Part shown: in pieces, positions 63,472 through 64,000 of the stretch | How the letters are laid out: each line of letters opens with the position of its first letter | Position numbering within the stretch: the stretch's first letter is position 1 | DNA from: an uncultured Actinomycetota bacterium | GTDB taxonomy: Bacteria; Actinomycetota; Acidimicrobiia; Spongiisociales; UBA5794 | Assembly: GCA_963715255.1 (NCBI GenBank) | Contig: CAVQRN010000002.1 | Coordinates: forward strand, 113,446 to 177,445 | Reading direction: 5' to 3' | Length of the DNA stretch: 64,000 bases | Made by a program: the position numbers and the translations under genes | Notes under the pieces: generated by a model | Seen by the model: only the letters and a program-made list of their open reading frames with translations | Databases searched by the model: none | Told to the model about the DNA's origin: nothing

Positions 63472-63513
63472 GCTGGAAGCCGGTAGCTGCTAGCGAAGTA
63501 CTCCGCTTCCAGC
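63472..63513 (-). terminator. 9-bp stem hairpin downstream of tRNA-Leu (large loop, no U-tract)
   Basis: gctggaagc (63472-63480) and gcttccagc (63505-63513) with a 24-nt loop containing ggtagctgctagc and gtactccg, 22 nt from the tRNA 3' end. Confidence 0.35.
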
Positions 63514-63534
63514 GGCTTTGCCGTCGATCATGTG

Positions 63535-63618
63535 TGCCCGGGGAGGGACTTGAACCCCCACGCCCCGAAGGACAGCGGTGTTTAAGACCGCCGCGTCTAC
63601 CGATTTCGCCACCCGGGC
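63535..63618 (-). tRNA. tRNA-Leu (anticodon UAA), type II with long variable arm
   Basis: Folded by hand: acceptor GCCCGGG/CCCGGGC, anticodon stem GCGGT/ACCGC with loop CTTAAAC, variable arm GTCCTTCGGGGC, T-arm GGGGG-TTCAAGT-CCCTC, discriminator A. CCA is not encoded. Confidence 0.9.
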
Positions 63619-63744
63619 CAAGGAGCGTGTCGAGCATTGCCAACTCACCCGGCACGATCCAGGGCGAGCGTAGCGGCCATACCGCGGGTGTCCCAGATGG
63701 CATGGGACGCGACCCTGAGTAGCATCTGATTGCCGATCAGCAAC

Positions 63745-64000
63745 ATGGAGGCTCACGCAGTGAAAGTGTTCCCACCGGAGAAGATCCGCAACGTCGCACT
63801 CGTCGGACACGCTGGTGCCGGCAAAACCACCCTCGCCGAGGCGCTCCTCTATCGCGCGGGGACGATCCAACGACTCGGAACGATCGAGGACGGCAACACC
63901 GTGACCGACTTCGATCCAGAGGAGCACGCTCGCGGAATGTCGCTCTCTCTCGCTCTCGCGCCGTTTGTGTGGAAGGGCTTCAAGATCAACCTGATCGATA
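63745..64000 (+). CDS. Elongation factor G-like translational GTPase (partial, runs off window)
   Basis: My own translation: MEAHAVKVFPPEKIRNVALVGHAGAGKTTLAEALLYRAGTIQRLGTIEDGNTVTDFDPEEHARGMSLSLALAPFVWKGFKINLID, giving the G1 motif and EF-G N-terminal pattern. The start may instead be the GTG at 63760. Confidence 0.85.
   Translation, partial: MEAHAVKVFPPEKIRNVALVGHAGAGKTTLAEALLYRAGTIQRLGTIEDGNTVTDFDPEEHARGMSLSLALAPFVWKGFKINLID

Noticed and set aside
63534-63722. 62-aa ORF MPGEGLEPPRPEGQ...
   Set aside because: It is the antisense reading of the tRNA-Leu gene, not a protein gene.

Overview
GC-rich, gene-dense chromosomal core segment with about 60 protein genes, one tRNA, and no rRNA, CRISPR, transposase, integrase or phage genes. 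The gene set looks actinobacterial (an inference): NucS/EndoMS, a SUF system with SufU and a Rieske protein, F420-type LLM oxidoreductases, lpd/E2/lipB/lipA/pepA synteny, an Eis-like GNAT and an MT0933-like small protein. Content in order:
- 0-10 kb (minus strand): pepA, PduO-type adenosyltransferase, transketolase, M24 peptidase, a fused lipB-lipA ORF, E2 acyltransferase, lpd.
- 10-13 kb: an amidohydrolase, a lipoprotein and a DsbB-like/TlpA-like thiol-disulfide pair.
- 14-32 kb: SUF genes scattered over three loci (sufCSU; sufD-Rieske-sufC paralog; sufB).
- 16-22 kb: pncA, pncB and a Sir2 deacetylase.
- 26-31 kb: M23 peptidase, family-5 UDG, a DUF4015-like lipoprotein, a sigma-70 factor and nucS.
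- 36-42 kb: a translationally coupled yihY/ABC/ABC/class-V aminotransferase operon.
- 42-47 kb: PQQ-propeller lipoprotein, EEP protein, M3 peptidase and a CHAD protein.
- 47-54 kb: menE/menB-menA-menD/menF.
- 54-64 kb: GNAT-ACS acetyltransferase, FetB-like permease, ABC-F, GGDEF-EAL, two PLDc_N-SHOCT proteins, tRNA-Leu(UAA) and the start of an EF-G-like gene.
Two things are not explained by ordinary annotation. First, a family of short 7-8 nt tandem arrays with an AGTAG core sits exactly on or next to stop codons of convergent gene pairs, placing TAG in all three frames on one strand and a C-rich, G-poor tract on the other. Second, there are nine single-site reading-frame disruptions in otherwise well-conserved genes. 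Several lie in homopolymer runs, and several restore canonical 4-nt start/stop overlaps when corrected, so assembly indels are as likely as real pseudogenes. All calls rest on reading the translations and DNA by eye; no searches were run.
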